A DNA stretch of 64,000 nt, from NCBI GenBank assembly GCA_002773855.1, contig PEZY01000012.1:68255-132254 (forward strand), in the 5' to 3' direction. This stretch comes from Candidatus Buchananbacteria bacterium CG10_big_fil_rev_8_21_14_0_10_33_19 (lineage in GTDB: Bacteria; Patescibacteriota; Patescibacteriia; 2-01-FULL-39-33). The position numbers were made by a program, and so were the translations under genes. Positions within the stretch are counted from its first letter, which is position 1; each line of letters starts with the position of its first letter. The notes under the pieces were generated by a model. The model made no database searches and had not been told where the DNA came from. It saw only the letters and a program-made list of their open reading frames with translations. Shown here one piece after another: positions 1 to 10,433 of this stretch.

Positions 1-1
1 A

Positions 2-1015
2 AAAGTTCCAACTTCGTTTGATGATTTTGCTTATGATAAATATTTAGCTCGTTATAGTATATATTCTGTTTGTGGCTTCGCGGATATTAATATAATTAAT
101 TATTCTAGTTATAATTTTTTATCTTTAATTAAATCTAAATTAGAAATTAGTTTAAATAAATCTATTGTCGAGCCCCAAGTGTCTATTATTCAGGCTATGC
201 TCTTGGGTAACCGGCGAAATATTCCTGCTAGTATATTGGCTGATATTTCTACGGTTGGGCTTAGTCATATTATTGCTATATCTGGTATGCATATTGCTAT
301 TATTGTAATGATCGTGGTGTATAGTTTGATAGCTTTGGGTATTATTCGGCAAAAAGCTTTTTGGGTGACCTTAGTTATTATTACTTTTTATGTCGCTTTG
401 ATTGGTTATCCAGCTTCGGCGGTTAGAGGTGCAGTGATGGCAATGTTAGTTTTGTATGCTAATAAAATTGGTCGTTTGAATTATTCGATTAACGCTATCT
501 TATTAGCGGCTAGTGCTATGCTTTTAATTAACCCTAGATTACTGTTAGCCGATGTGGGTTTTCAATTATCTTTTATGGCTGTCTTGGGTATAATATATTT
601 ATCACCAATTTTAAAATATAAATTTAGGCAATTGCCAGAGTTAGGTCAGTTAAAAAATATGGTAGTCGTAACTTTGTCGGCGCAAATTATGACCTTGCCA
701 CTAATTGTTTATTATTTTAATTATTTTTCATTATTGTCGATTGTTTCTAATATTTTGGTTTTACCAGTACTACCATTAATAATGATCTGGAGTATGATAG
801 TTGGAGTGGTCGGAATTTTTGCTCCGATGGTGGCAAATTTTTTTGGCTATGGTAGTTATTTTTTGATTAGTTATGTTTTGCTAGTTACTAAGTTGGTTAG
901 TAGAGCTTCAATATTTAAAATTGAATTATATTTTGATCAATTTTATTTTGGGGCTTTAGCTTATTTGGTAATTTTTATAGTGATTAGGAGATATAGATAT
1001 TTAATTAATTATTGA
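2..1015 (+). CDS. comEC: ComEC/Rec2 competence protein, membrane domain (5' truncated by window edge)
   Basis: Frame is open from nt 2 (FDDFAYDKYL...). Motifs GLSHIIAISGMH, ASAVRGAVM, NPRLLLADVGFQLSF; multiple TM helices. Confidence 0.92.
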   Translation, partial: KVPTSFDDFAYDKYLARYSIYSVCGFADINIINYSSYNFLSLIKSKLEISLNKSIVEPQVSIIQAMLLGNRRNIPASILADISTVGLSHIIAISGMHIAIIVMIVVYSLIALGIIRQKAFWVTLVIITFYVALIGYPASAVRGAVMAMLVLYANKIGRLNYSINAILLAASAMLLINPRLLLADVGFQLSFMAVLGIIYLSPILKYKFRQLPELGQLKNMVVVTLSAQIMTLPLIVYYFNYFSLLSIVSNILVLPVLPLIMIWSMIVGVVGIFAPMVANFFGYGSYFLISYVLLVTKLVSRASIFKIELYFDQFYFGALAYLVIFIVIRRYRYLINY

Positions 1016-1088
1016 CATATTCATTTATTTGTGATAAGCCTTAACGATCGTTCCTTAACAAAACAACCAACAACCAGAAAGGTGTATC
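1012..1088 (+). promoter_or_regulatory. sigma70-like promoter, boxA-like motif and SD of orphan cassette 1
   Basis: TTGACA 1012-1017; weak TGn-TAAGCC -10 at 1032-1040; CGTTCCTTAACAA 1049-1061; GAAAGGTG before ATG 1089. Confidence 0.5.
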
Positions 1089-2153
1089 ATGAAAGTGCTT
1101 ACCAAAGTTTTTTATCTGATTATTTTTATTAGTTTATTCTCTGGATGTCCTAGTGTAGAGAAAATAAAGTCTACTCAATCTAACGGTCAGCCGTTTAATG
1201 AAATTTGGAATGCTATTTATGATTTACAAAATCAAGTTAATAATATTCAGTTAATCCCTGGTCCAGTTGGTCCGCAAGGTGAAGTAGGCCCCAAGGGCGA
1301 TACTGGTGATAGAGGTGAACAAGGTCATAGAGGTGAAGTTGGACCACAAGGTGAGAGCGGTCAAAAAGGCGATACTGGCGATATCGGCCCACAAGGCAAT
1401 GATGGTTTGTCTAATTGGGATGAGGATAGGATATCTAGTTTAGAATCATCAGTTGCTGAATTAAGAGATATTGTTATGCCTTCTTTTGAGTCACCAGCAG
1501 TTGATAGTAATGTAGTTAATTTTGATGCTACTCAAGGACAGTATCTTGGTATTGATAACACTAATCAGTCTGGGTTGGATATTGTTGGTAGCTTAACGAT
1601 TGAGTGTTGGATTAAACTTAGGTCGTTGCCTAATAATGGCAACTATGCTATTTGTTCTAAATACATTGGTGACCCCAATAACAGTCGATCGTGGATTTTT
1701 TATTATTCTCATAGTTCTAACGGCTATCAATTAGGGATGATAATTTCTAGTAATGGCCATGATAATAATGATGTTCAAGTTAGATCATGGGATTATACTT
1801 TGGCAGTTGATCAATGGTATCATGTAGCCACGGTATTTAATCATTCGCTAGGTACTTATGAGATATTTGTAAATGGTGATAGTATTGGTAAATCATTTGG
1901 TAGTATCCATAGTATTTATAGTGGTACAGCACCATTTTTTGTTGGTAGATTATGGAATCATGGTTGGTATTTTGATGGATCGATTGATGATTTGCGAATC
2001 TGGAGTACTGCTCGCACCCAAAATGAGATTATTGGTAAAATGAATACAGAATTAACTAGTCAAGAGCCGTATTTAAATGCTTATTGGAAATTTAATGGTA
2101 ATACTTTGGACTCTTCAATTAATGGTAATAATCTAATTGGTTATAATTTTTAA
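1089..2153 (+). CDS. Putative lipoprotein with collagen-like Gly-X-Y repeats and C-terminal LamG/concanavalin-A-like domain
   Basis: Signal peptide with lipobox LFSGC; about 16 G-X-Y triplets; LamG motifs [29 protein letters not shown]. Confidence 0.8.
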   Translation: MKVLTKVFYLIIFISLFSGCPSVEKIKSTQSNGQPFNEIWNAIYDLQNQVNNIQLIPGPVGPQGEVGPKGDTGDRGEQGHRGEVGPQGESGQKGDTGDIGPQGNDGLSNWDEDRISSLESSVAELRDIVMPSFESPAVDSNVVNFDATQGQYLGIDNTNQSGLDIVGSLTIECWIKLRSLPNNGNYAICSKYIGDPNNSRSWIFYYSHSSNGYQLGMIISSNGHDNNDVQVRSWDYTLAVDQWYHVATVFNHSLGTYEIFVNGDSIGKSFGSIHSIYSGTAPFFVGRLWNHGWYFDGSIDDLRIWSTARTQNEIIGKMNTELTSQEPYLNAYWKFNGNTLDSSINGNNLIGYNF

Positions 2154-2163
2154 TTTTAATAAT

Positions 2164-2191
2164 AGCTCCTCAACTAAGAGGAGCTTTTTTT
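2164..2191 (+). terminator. Intrinsic terminator
   Basis: AGCTCCTC-loop-GAGGAGCT followed by a T-tract, between convergent genes. Confidence 0.8.
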
Positions 2192-2204
2192 GTTGTCTTT
2201 AAGT

Positions 2205-3029
2205 TTATTCTATCGTTCTAATTTTAGTTGAAAAGTCTGGATCATCAGCGTATTTGAGAGCTCGATCATTAATCAAAAACATATCCATCGCTTCTTTCAA
2301 AGTTAAATCTGTATCAATTAGTCCTAAATCAAATGCTAGTTCAGCAGCATAGCCTGGCAGTAATACTTTATAGCTAAATGGAATTTTTTTTGGTGAAATA
2401 GTATTAATATGTCGGACTATGTTTGTGGTACAAGTATTGGTTAGAGTGTTGTAGAATTCAGGCTGGTCTTTAAGTTTATTTAGTCTGTTTATCATATTTA
2501 AAAATAAAGCCTGTTTTTTTTCTTTGGTTGTTTTGGCTGGGTAGATATAAACTTTGTCATTTCGATAGTTTGATCTTAATTTCACTACATCTTTTTCGTC
2601 AGCTACGATGTACATTATTTCGTATTGATTGAATAGCCCCTTGATAATTGAATATTCTTCATCTTTTTCATTTCTGGTTTCAACTGATATAGATACGTAT
2701 TCATTATCTTCAAACCCAAAGCTCAAAAAAGTATGAGCCAATCCAGAGAATTTGGAAAATGGCTCTAAAATAAAATCCACTGATTGTAATTTATTTAAAT
2801 CAAATTTTTTATCATAATAGTTAATATCATAATCATCGTTGCTACGGTAATTAAAATTTCTAATATTATAAATGGTTATTTCATTGCCGTTAATATCGGC
2901 ATAAGCTAGTATTTCTTTTGGTGTTTTCCAATCACGATCGTTTGATGGTTTGAACAAAAATAAAAAAGCAATATAAACTATTATTGCTAATAGTAAACTT
3001 AATAATATTAATTTGAATACTTTTTTCAT
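2205..3029 (-). CDS. DUF4105 / Lnb N-terminal-like domain protein, membrane anchored
   Basis: N-terminal TM; motifs PSNDRDW, NIRNF, AHTFLSFGF, SVETR, FYNTLTNTCTTN. Confidence 0.8.
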   Translation of the reverse strand: MKKVFKLILLSLLLAIIVYIAFLFLFKPSNDRDWKTPKEILAYADINGNEITIYNIRNFNYRSNDDYDINYYDKKFDLNKLQSVDFILEPFSKFSGLAHTFLSFGFEDNEYVSISVETRNEKDEEYSIIKGLFNQYEIMYIVADEKDVVKLRSNYRNDKVYIYPAKTTKEKKQALFLNMINRLNKLKDQPEFYNTLTNTCTTNIVRHINTISPKKIPFSYKVLLPGYAAELAFDLGLIDTDLTLKEAMDMFLINDRALKYADDPDFSTKIRTIE

Positions 3030-3115
3030 TTATTTATTATAGCATATGAGTAATTAATTAATATGTTTACTACTTATTGATTACCTGCTTGTTGTATTTT
3101 TGATATAATTAATTC

Positions 3116-3970
3116 ATGAATAAAAAAATTGTTATCTTAATATTATTTGTATTTTTTTCTGCTCTAACCCTTTTAAATAATAATGGTCAGATTAAAGGCG
3201 CCACTGATAATAAATTAGCAGTTTATTTTCTAGACATTGGTCAAGGTGATGCTACGCTTATTCGCACTCCGGCTGGCGACGACATTTTAATTGATGGTGG
3301 ACCTAACAATACCTTGCTCCAAAAGTTGGGGGAGTATTTACCATTTTATGACCATAAAATTGAAACGATAATCTTAACACATCCCGATAGCGATCATGTC
3401 ACTGGTTTGGTAGAAGTAATCAAGCGCTATGAAGTAGACAGAGTTTTGATGACTAGAGTTTATTCGGATTCAACTAGTTACTTGTCTTTTTTAGCTGAAG
3501 TAGAAAAAAATAATATTACTGTTGAGGTAATTGATCAGCCAGAAGTGGTGGATTTTGGTGGTGGCGTGACGTTTGATATTATTTATCCGTTAGAAAATTT
3601 AGTCGGGCAAAAAGTAGATAGTACCAACAATACTTCGATTACTGGTAAATTAATTTATGCTAGTACCACGGTTATGTTGACTGGTGATTTAGAAAATGAA
3701 GAGGAGTTAGCGGCTAGACATTTAGATTTGAAATCTGACATTTATCACGTAGGACACCATGGTTCGAGCAACGCTAATGATCTAAGTTTTGTGTCGGCTG
3801 TTGAGCCACGTTATGCTGTTATTTCGGTGGGGGCAAATAATCATTACGGTCATCCTAACTATCGAACACTTAAGAATTTAGAAAAAGTAGCAGCTGAAGT
3901 TTTTAGAACCGATCAGTTGGGTGATATAATATTTGCCAGTGATGGCAGTAGTTGGGAGATTGTGAAGTAA
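3116..3970 (+). CDS. ComEC-type metallo-beta-lactamase-fold nuclease (stand-alone C-terminal ComEC domain)
   Basis: FLDIGQGDA, LIDGGP, THPDSDHVTG, VGHHGS, NHYGHP, RTDQLG. Confidence 0.9.
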   Translation: MNKKIVILILFVFFSALTLLNNNGQIKGATDNKLAVYFLDIGQGDATLIRTPAGDDILIDGGPNNTLLQKLGEYLPFYDHKIETIILTHPDSDHVTGLVEVIKRYEVDRVLMTRVYSDSTSYLSFLAEVEKNNITVEVIDQPEVVDFGGGVTFDIIYPLENLVGQKVDSTNNTSITGKLIYASTTVMLTGDLENEEELAARHLDLKSDIYHVGHHGSSNANDLSFVSAVEPRYAVISVGANNHYGHPNYRTLKNLEKVAAEVFRTDQLGDIIFASDGSSWEIVK

Positions 3971-4066
3971 GTAGACTTGACTTTTTGTAATTGTTATGGC
4001 AGATTAATTATTGATTGTACCTTTACATTTTTTAGATAGAAACACAAAAAAGGAGGAGATAGTTAA

Positions 4067-4918
4067 ATGAAGTCCAGGCAAAAAATAATGGTCAGTTGTT
4101 TTGTTGGCGGATTTTTTGGCACACTAGTGGCTATTGTTTCTGGTGTTGGTTTTTGGTGGCTAGGATTGCTGGTCGGGTTTTCGACGGGCTATTTGAGCTA
4201 TGAATTTCATCAAGTGTTAGCAGCTATACCGATTTTCTGGAAAAGTACAGTAAACGTGTTCTCAAAGACAGTCTGGCCCAAGTTGGTTAGATTATACAAA
4301 TATGATGAGCCGAGGCCATTTTTATTAGTAGGCTTTAGCTCGTTTGTGTTTATAACTACTTATTTATTTAGGTTGTCACCTGATTTAATATTGGACAACC
4401 TTGTGACTATACTTGGTTTATCACTATTCTTAGCAGTATTTATAGCCATCAGTGTATGTTTTATTGCCTGTGCAGGTGCTGACATTGTTGAAAAAGTATA
4501 TTGGGAAGGGACTATGATTGTTGAATCTAGTTTACTTAAAAGTAAAAAGGTGGATTTAACATATGCCCGCACCATTCGTTGGTTCCTAGAGGGATTAATA
4601 GCATTGCCGCTGCTAGTTGTATTTTTTGTGATAGCTAGTTTTCTATTATTGTGTTCACCATTAATTTTTTTGGTTTTGGCTTTAATCATGATTAGCTGGG
4701 AAATTATAAAATACATTTATTCAGATGAACGATTGACTTGTGGTTTTAGTGGTGCTATTGGTGTGTTACTGGCCATATCATATTTATTTTATAATCCCAA
4801 TTTATCTTGGGTAGAAGCGGTTATTTTAATGGTGTCAATTGGCGTAATTAGCTGTACTATTGGTGTGATTAGTTGGAAAGTTTTTCAATCTAAAAAAACA
4901 AATATTTGTCAGGCTTAA
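4067..4918 (+). CDS. Hypothetical multi-pass membrane protein (orphan cassette 2)
   Basis: 283-aa hydrophobic ORF with AGGAGG SD, its own TTGACT promoter (3977) and a terminator (4937-4963). Confidence 0.75.
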   Translation: MKSRQKIMVSCFVGGFFGTLVAIVSGVGFWWLGLLVGFSTGYLSYEFHQVLAAIPIFWKSTVNVFSKTVWPKLVRLYKYDEPRPFLLVGFSSFVFITTYLFRLSPDLILDNLVTILGLSLFLAVFIAISVCFIACAGADIVEKVYWEGTMIVESSLLKSKKVDLTYARTIRWFLEGLIALPLLVVFFVIASFLLLCSPLIFLVLALIMISWEIIKYIYSDERLTCGFSGAIGVLLAISYLFYNPNLSWVEAVILMVSIGVISCTIGVISWKVFQSKKTNICQA

Positions 4919-4936
4919 AAAACTTGGCATTTAAAT

Positions 4937-4963
4937 AGCCTCACGTTTAACGTGAGGTTTTTT
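4937..4963 (+). terminator. Intrinsic terminator
   Basis: AGCCTCACGTT-T-AACGTGAGGTT plus T-tract. Confidence 0.8.
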
Positions 4964-5043
4964 ATTTGTATTTCTTGTCAAAGTGTATTTTTTTTGGTAG
5001 AATAACCGTGATTATTAATTGTTTATTAAAGACTATAAAGACA

Positions 5044-5420
5044 TGTCGAAGAAAAAAATTAAAGCTTTGCTGGTTGAAGATGACCAAATGATCGTACAGA
5101 TGTATAAAATCAGAATGGAAGATGAAGGTTGGGAGGTGTTTACTACTGATCGTGGTTCCGAGGCTATGAAGTTGGCTAAAGCTGAAAAACCAGATATTAT
5201 TTTGCTAGATATTATTTTACCAGAAGTTGATGGTTTCTCTATCTTAAAAGATTTAAGATCAGACACTACAACCAAAAAAATCCCAGTGATGATGCTAACC
5301 AATCTAGGACAAGAGTCCGATCAAAACAAAGGCCAGGAAATTGGTGTTGAAGGTTATCTAATAAAATCACAACATACACCAGGAGATGTAATTACTAAAA
5401 TTGAAAGTTTGCTTAAATAA
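5044..5420 (+). CDS. Single-domain (CheY-like) response regulator
   Basis: LLVEDD, ILLDIILPEVDG, MLTN, YLIK receiver motifs; ATG 5044 preferred over TTG 5019. Confidence 0.9.
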
Positions 5421-5436
5421 ATAAATTGTTAAAAAT

Positions 5437-5922
5437 ATGAGTTTACAATTAGAAAAAACATTGGTTATTTTAAAACCAGACGCTATGCAGAGAAATCTCT
5501 TAGGAGAAATTATTACTCGCTTTGAAAAAAAGGGTTTAAAGATAGTTGGTCTAAAAATGATTGAGCTAGAAGATATACTTTTAGACGATCATTATGCTCA
5601 CCACAAGGACAAACCATTTTTTGCCGGACTTAAAAATTATATGAAGAGTTCACCAGTAGTAGTCATTGCTTTAGAAGGCATCGAAGTAGTAGAGGCTGTT
5701 AGATTGCTTGTAGGCCCTACCAAGAGCCGAATTGCCGATGCTGGTAGTATTCGTGGTGATTACTCTATGAGTGGTCAAACCAATATTATTCATTCTTCTG
5801 ATTCATCAGAAAATGCCGCCGCCGAGATTAAAAGATTTTTTAAAGCTGAAGAATTGTTTAATTATAAAAAAATTGATTTTGAATTTTTATATGGTGATGA
5901 AGAAAGGGAAGAACTGGTTTAG
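5437..5922 (+). CDS. ndk: Nucleoside diphosphate kinase
   Basis: EKTLVILKPDA, GSIRGDY, NIIHSSDS catalytic His. Confidence 0.96.
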   Translation: MSLQLEKTLVILKPDAMQRNLLGEIITRFEKKGLKIVGLKMIELEDILLDDHYAHHKDKPFFAGLKNYMKSSPVVVIALEGIEVVEAVRLLVGPTKSRIADAGSIRGDYSMSGQTNIIHSSDSSENAAAEIKRFFKAEELFNYKKIDFEFLYGDEEREELV

Positions 5923-5941
5923 TAAAAAAAATATACAAAAC

Positions 5942-5970
5942 AAAAACACCCCAGAACGGGGTGTTTTTTT
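5942..5970. terminator. Bidirectional intrinsic terminator between ndk and rpmB
   Basis: AAAAACACCCC-AGAAC-GGGGTGTTTTTTT. Confidence 0.8.
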
Positions 5971-6145
5971 ATTTATCGTTTTTCTTTGCAGTTTTTAGAC
6001 AGCTAGTGCAAATTTTCATTTTCTTGCCATCCATCTTTTTGCTTTGAAGATTTATTTTCATTGTTCTTTTGGTTTTGACTTGCGAGTGACTGACATTGTT
6101 TCCAGTAGTAGTGCCTCGGCCGCAAACCTCACATACTTGAGCCAT
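5969..6145 (-). CDS. rpmB: 50S ribosomal protein L28 (missing from the ORF track, 58 aa)
   Basis: Hand translation [58 protein letters not shown] matches the L28 signature (GNNVSHS..TKR..NLQ, CTSCLK). Confidence 0.93.
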   Translation of the reverse strand: MAQVCEVCGRGTTTGNNVSHSQVKTKRTMKINLQSKKMDGKKMKICTSCLKTAKKNDK

Positions 6146-6258
6146 ATTATTATACTTTAAATTAGTTATGCATTAACTAAAATAGTGTAACATAATTGCG
6201 AAAATTGGTCAATTATGCTACTATAAGTAACAAGTTGAATTAATAAATACAAAATATT

Positions 6259-6888
6259 ATGCCGATAAATTGGCTTTTTTCCGAACCAATATTATTCATT
6301 TCCTGGATAGTGGCTATTTTAGTCACTTTGACTATTCATGAATTTTCCCATGCGGCTACTGCTAAATATTTTGGTGATAATACCGCCGAGGATATGGGCC
6401 GAGTTAGTCTAAATCCAATAGCTCATATTGACCCAATAGGCTTTGCGATGCTGTTATTTATTGGTTTTGGTTGGGCTAAGCCGGTACCAGTTAATCCGTA
6501 TAATCTGCGGAATCATCGACTGTCCAGCGCCTTAGTGTCACTGGCTGGGCCAGCTTCTAATTTAGTAGCCGCTATTGTTTTTAGTGTAATGTTGAGTATT
6601 TTGACACCAATTTTAGGTCCTCAGAATATGTTGGTTAATTTCTTATTTTTGCTAATTTTAGTCAATGTTATTTTAATGGTCTTTAATCTTATTCCAATCC
6701 CGCCATTAGATGGTTCAAAAGTGTTATTTAGCATTTTGCCTGATAAATATAATAATTTTAAAGAAAAATTCTCGATTAATGGACCATTTATCTTGATTTC
6801 CCTGGTTTTATTGGATAGTTTGCTAAATTTAAATATTTTTTCTAAGTTGTTTGGTTATGTTTTGGATATCTTAACTAGATTTTTATAA
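6259..6888 (+). CDS. Site-2 protease family (M50) intramembrane metalloprotease
   Basis: HEFSH, LNPIAHIDP, GWAKPVPVNP, AGPASN, FNLIPIPPLDG. Confidence 0.93.
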   Translation: MPINWLFSEPILFISWIVAILVTLTIHEFSHAATAKYFGDNTAEDMGRVSLNPIAHIDPIGFAMLLFIGFGWAKPVPVNPYNLRNHRLSSALVSLAGPASNLVAAIVFSVMLSILTPILGPQNMLVNFLFLLILVNVILMVFNLIPIPPLDGSKVLFSILPDKYNNFKEKFSINGPFILISLVLLDSLLNLNIFSKLFGYVLDILTRFL

Positions 6889-6912
6889 TTGCTAGGTAAT
6901 ATTTTTTGCCAC

Positions 6913-7160
6913 TTGACTTATTAGCCAGAATTGTTTAAAATATTCTCATTGAATCTGGTGCTGTAAAGATCAATAACTTCCGCATTCTTCATAAACAATT
7001 ATATACAAAATTAGAGTTCTATAATTGTGGTTCCCTAGTTTTTGGGAATTTTTTTAACTAATGAAGCCGGTGTTTATCGGCAACAATAAGATTGTCATCT
7101 CAAACAAAGGCGAAGCCAAAGTTGGGTGATCTTCATAAAACATATAATTTTAGAGTTATT
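6913..7160 (+). promoter_or_regulatory. str operon promoter and ~210-nt structured 5' leader
   Basis: TTGACT(6913)-17 bp-TAAAAT(6936); multi-stem leader closed by AAGATCAATAACTT / AAGTTGGGTGATCTT. Confidence 0.6.
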
Positions 7161-7586
7161 ATGCCAACAATTAATCAATTATTAAGAAAAAGTCGGACTA
7201 GTATAAAGGCTAAGTCAAAGACTCCTGATTTGCAGATTACTTTGGACAGTTTACATCGCAAGAGAAAAATTGTTTCTAAAGGTAACCAGTTCAAAAGAGG
7301 TGTTTGTCTACAAGTTAGAACTACTACTCCTAAAAAACCAAACTCAGCTCTTAGAAAAATTGCTCGGGTGAGACTTTCTAATGGCCAAGAAGTTACTGCT
7401 TACATTCCAGGTGTGGGTCACAACTTACAAGAACACTCTATCGTGTTAGTTCGCGGTGGAAGAGTTAAAGATTTACCTGGTGTTAGATACCATGTTGTTC
7501 GTGGTGTTTACGATTCTGCCGGCGTTTCAGCTAGAAAACGTGGTCGAAGCAAATATGGCGCTAAGAAAGAAAAGGCAGCCAAATAA
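7161..7586 (+). CDS. rpsL: 30S ribosomal protein S12
   Basis: MPTINQL start at 7161; [23 protein letters not shown]. Confidence 0.98.
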   Translation: MPTINQLLRKSRTSIKAKSKTPDLQITLDSLHRKRKIVSKGNQFKRGVCLQVRTTTPKKPNSALRKIARVRLSNGQEVTAYIPGVGHNLQEHSIVLVRGGRVKDLPGVRYHVVRGVYDSAGVSARKRGRSKYGAKKEKAAK

Positions 7587-7613
7587 TTTAATAATTGAAA
7601 CTATTAAAATACT

Positions 7614-8084
7614 ATGAGAGGAAAACAAGCGCCAAAACGACCAATTGCTCCTGATACTAAGTTTAATCGAACTGATTTAGCTAAGTTTATCAATTACATT
7701 ATGCAACGCGGTAAAAAAACTATTGCTGAAGATATTGTTTATGAAATGATGCAAATTATTTCTGATAAAACTCAATTAGATCCAGTAGAAGTTTTTGAAT
7801 CAGCTATTAGAAATGTATCGCCAACAGTAGAAATTAAGGGTCGTCGAGTTGGTGGTGCCAACTATCAAGTACCGATGGCTGTTCGATCAGAGAGAAGCTT
7901 TACTTTAGCTTGTCGTTGGTTGATTACTGCCTCAGCAGCTAAAAAGGGCAAGAAAATGTCAGAAAAATTAGCTGAAGAATTTATTGCAGCTCATAACAAT
8001 GAAGGAATTGCTGTTAAAAAGAAACAAGATACCTATAAAATGGCCGAAGCCAATAGAGCTTTTGCTCACTTTGGACGAAATTAA
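7614..8084 (+). CDS. rpsG: 30S ribosomal protein S7
   Basis: RRVGGANYQVP, MAEANRAFAHF. Confidence 0.98.
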   Translation: MRGKQAPKRPIAPDTKFNRTDLAKFINYIMQRGKKTIAEDIVYEMMQIISDKTQLDPVEVFESAIRNVSPTVEIKGRRVGGANYQVPMAVRSERSFTLACRWLITASAAKKGKKMSEKLAEEFIAAHNNEGIAVKKKQDTYKMAEANRAFAHFGRN

Positions 8085-8092
8085 TAAATAAT

Positions 8093-8176
8093 TTAAGTCA
8101 GTTGGTGTTTCGTGGTGGTGGCTGGTAGGAATTTATAAAATAGACCACAGCCTACAACCTACGGACTACAACCTAA
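8093..8176 (+). repeat. Heptamer-periodic intercistronic hairpin (family member a)
   Basis: G/T-rich 5' arm, AT loop, CTACAAC-type 3' arm ending CTAA shortly before the fusA ATG. Confidence 0.65.
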
Positions 8177-8182
8177 ACAATT

Positions 8183-10327
8183 ATGCCCAGAAAACAAACA
8201 TTAGACAAAATTCGTAATATTGGGATTATTGCCCATATTGATGCCGGAAAAACCACTGTTTCCGAAAGAATTTTATTTTACACCGGAAAAAAACATAAAA
8301 TTGGTGAAGTTCATGAAGGTGAAGCTACTATGGATTGGATGGAACAAGAACAGGAAAGAGGTATTACTATTACTTCAGCGGCGACTACTTGTTTTTGGCC
8401 CAATGCCGCTTGGTTAGGCGGTGGTGATATTCAAATTAATATTATCGATACCCCTGGTCACGTAGACTTTACCGCTGAAGTAGAAAGATCACTCCGCGTT
8501 TTAGACGGTGGTGTGATTGTTTTTGATGGTGTAGCCGGTGTCGAACCTCAATCAGAAACTGTGTGGCGCCAATCAGAAAAATATCATGTGCCAAAAATTG
8601 GTTTCATCAATAAGATGGACAGAATGGGCGCTGATTTTTACTATGATTTAAAAACTATCTACGACAGATTAACGCCTCATGCTCATCCTGTTCAATTACC
8701 AGTTGGTGCGGCTGATACCTTTACCGGTATTATCGATTTGTTTGATATGAAAGCTCGAATTTATTCTGATGATATGGGTACTAAATGGGAAGATACCGAA
8801 ATTCCAGATGATGAAAAAGACAGAGCGGCTGAGTATCGAGCAAAATTAGTTGAAGCGATTGTGGAAAATGATGAAGCTTTGATGGAAAAATATTTAGCTG
8901 GTGAAGAAATCCCAGTAGCGGATTTGAAAAAAACTTTAAGAGCAGCAGTTATTGCTAATAAAATTGTGCCAATTATGTGTGGTTCAGCTTTAAAGAACAA
9001 AGGTGTTCAATTTTTGTTAGATGCTGTTTCTGAATACTTACCATCACCAATGGATATCGATCCACCAATGGCTCATGATCCAGATGACATAACAAAAGAA
9101 ATTAAAGTAGAAGTAAAAGACGAGGCGCCATTAATGGGCTTGGCATTTAAAATTGCCACCGATCCATTTGTTGGTAAATTAGTATTCTATCGAGTTTATA
9201 GTGGCGTTCTACGATCTGGTTCTTATGTTGTTAATCAAACTACTGGTGACAAAGAAAGAATCGGCCGTATTTTAAGAATGCACGCCAACTCTCGGGAAGA
9301 AGTTCAAGAGGTTTATTCCGGTGAAATTGCCGCTATCGTTGGTCTAAGAAGTACCACTACTGGTGACACTATCTCTGATCCAACTGTTAAGGTGTTGTTA
9401 GAAAACATTACTTTCCCAGATCCAGTTATTGATATTGCGGTTGAACCAAAAACTAAAGCGGATCAAGAAAAAATGGGCTTAGCTTTGTCTAAATTAGCGG
9501 AAGAAGATCCAACTTTTAGAGTAAGAACTGATGAAGAAACTATGCAGACGATTATTTCTGGTATGGGTGAACTTCATTTGGATATTATTGTGGATCGGAT
9601 GCGACGTGAATTTAAAGTGGAAGCGAATATTGGTAAACCTCAAGTAGCTTATCGTGAAACTATTAAAGGTTCAGCTCAAGCTGAAGGTAAATATATTAAA
9701 CAATCTGGTGGTCGCGGACAATACGGCCATTGTTGGATTAAATTAGAACCGACCGAAAAAGAAGCAGAAGGTGTTCAAAAAGAGTATGTGTTTGTGGACG
9801 AAATTAAAGGTGGAGCTGTACCAAAAGAATTTATTAAACCAATTGATAAAGGTATTCGTGAAGCGATGGCTAGAGGTATTATCGCTGGCTTCCCACTGAT
9901 TAATGTTAAGGCTACATTGTATGACGGATCTTTCCATGATGTTGACTCTTCTGAAGGCGCCTTTAAAATTGCTGGTTCCATGGCTTTCCAAGATGCCGCT
10001 AAAAGATCACAACCAATTTTACTAGAACCAATTATGAAAGTAGAAGTGATTACCCCAGAACAGTTTATGGGTGACGCTATCGGCGACTTAAATTCTCGTC
10101 GAGCAATTATTGGTAATATGGAAGATAGAGGTATTGGGGCTTCTGCGGTCAAAGTGATTAGTGCTGAAGTACCATTATCTGAGATGTTTGGTTATATGAC
10201 TACACTTAGGTCTCTAACTCAAGGCCGAGCTTCTTATACTATGGAATTTTTGAAATATAACGAAGTGCCAAAGAATGTAGAGGAAAAGATTAAAGAAGAA
10301 AGAGGAACTGCGAAAACTAGAATCTAA
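8183..10327 (+). CDS. fusA: Elongation factor G
   Basis: [38 protein letters not shown]. Confidence 0.99.
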   Translation: MPRKQTLDKIRNIGIIAHIDAGKTTVSERILFYTGKKHKIGEVHEGEATMDWMEQEQERGITITSAATTCFWPNAAWLGGGDIQINIIDTPGHVDFTAEVERSLRVLDGGVIVFDGVAGVEPQSETVWRQSEKYHVPKIGFINKMDRMGADFYYDLKTIYDRLTPHAHPVQLPVGAADTFTGIIDLFDMKARIYSDDMGTKWEDTEIPDDEKDRAAEYRAKLVEAIVENDEALMEKYLAGEEIPVADLKKTLRAAVIANKIVPIMCGSALKNKGVQFLLDAVSEYLPSPMDIDPPMAHDPDDITKEIKVEVKDEAPLMGLAFKIATDPFVGKLVFYRVYSGVLRSGSYVVNQTTGDKERIGRILRMHANSREEVQEVYSGEIAAIVGLRSTTTGDTISDPTVKVLLENITFPDPVIDIAVEPKTKADQEKMGLALSKLAEEDPTFRVRTDEETMQTIISGMGELHLDIIVDRMRREFKVEANIGKPQVAYRETIKGSAQAEGKYIKQSGGRGQYGHCWIKLEPTEKEAEGVQKEYVFVDEIKGGAVPKEFIKPIDKGIREAMARGIIAGFPLINVKATLYDGSFHDVDSSEGAFKIAGSMAFQDAAKRSQPILLEPIMKVEVITPEQFMGDAIGDLNSRRAIIGNMEDRGIGASAVKVISAEVPLSEMFGYMTTLRSLTQGRASYTMEFLKYNEVPKNVEEKIKEERGTAKTRI

Positions 10328-10338
10328 ACTTTATATAA

Positions 10339-10375
10339 AAAAACACCTCGCCGGAGCGGGGTGTTTTTATTTTTT
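10339..10375 (+). terminator. Intrinsic terminator after fusA
   Basis: AAAAACACCTCGC-CGGA-GCGGGGTGTTTTT. Confidence 0.8.
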
Positions 10376-10408
10376 ATAGATGAACATACCATGGTGTGTT
10401 CATCTATA
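10375..10408. repeat. REP-like palindrome
   Basis: TATAGATGAACATACCATGGTGTGTTCATCTATA, near-perfect dyad centred on CCATGG. Confidence 0.5.
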
Positions 10409-10433
10409 ATTATTATCTTTGTTATCTTTCATA

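Noticed and set aside
1261-1407. Tandem DNA repeat in the collagen region
   Set aside because: Periodicity is explained by Gly-X-Y coding.
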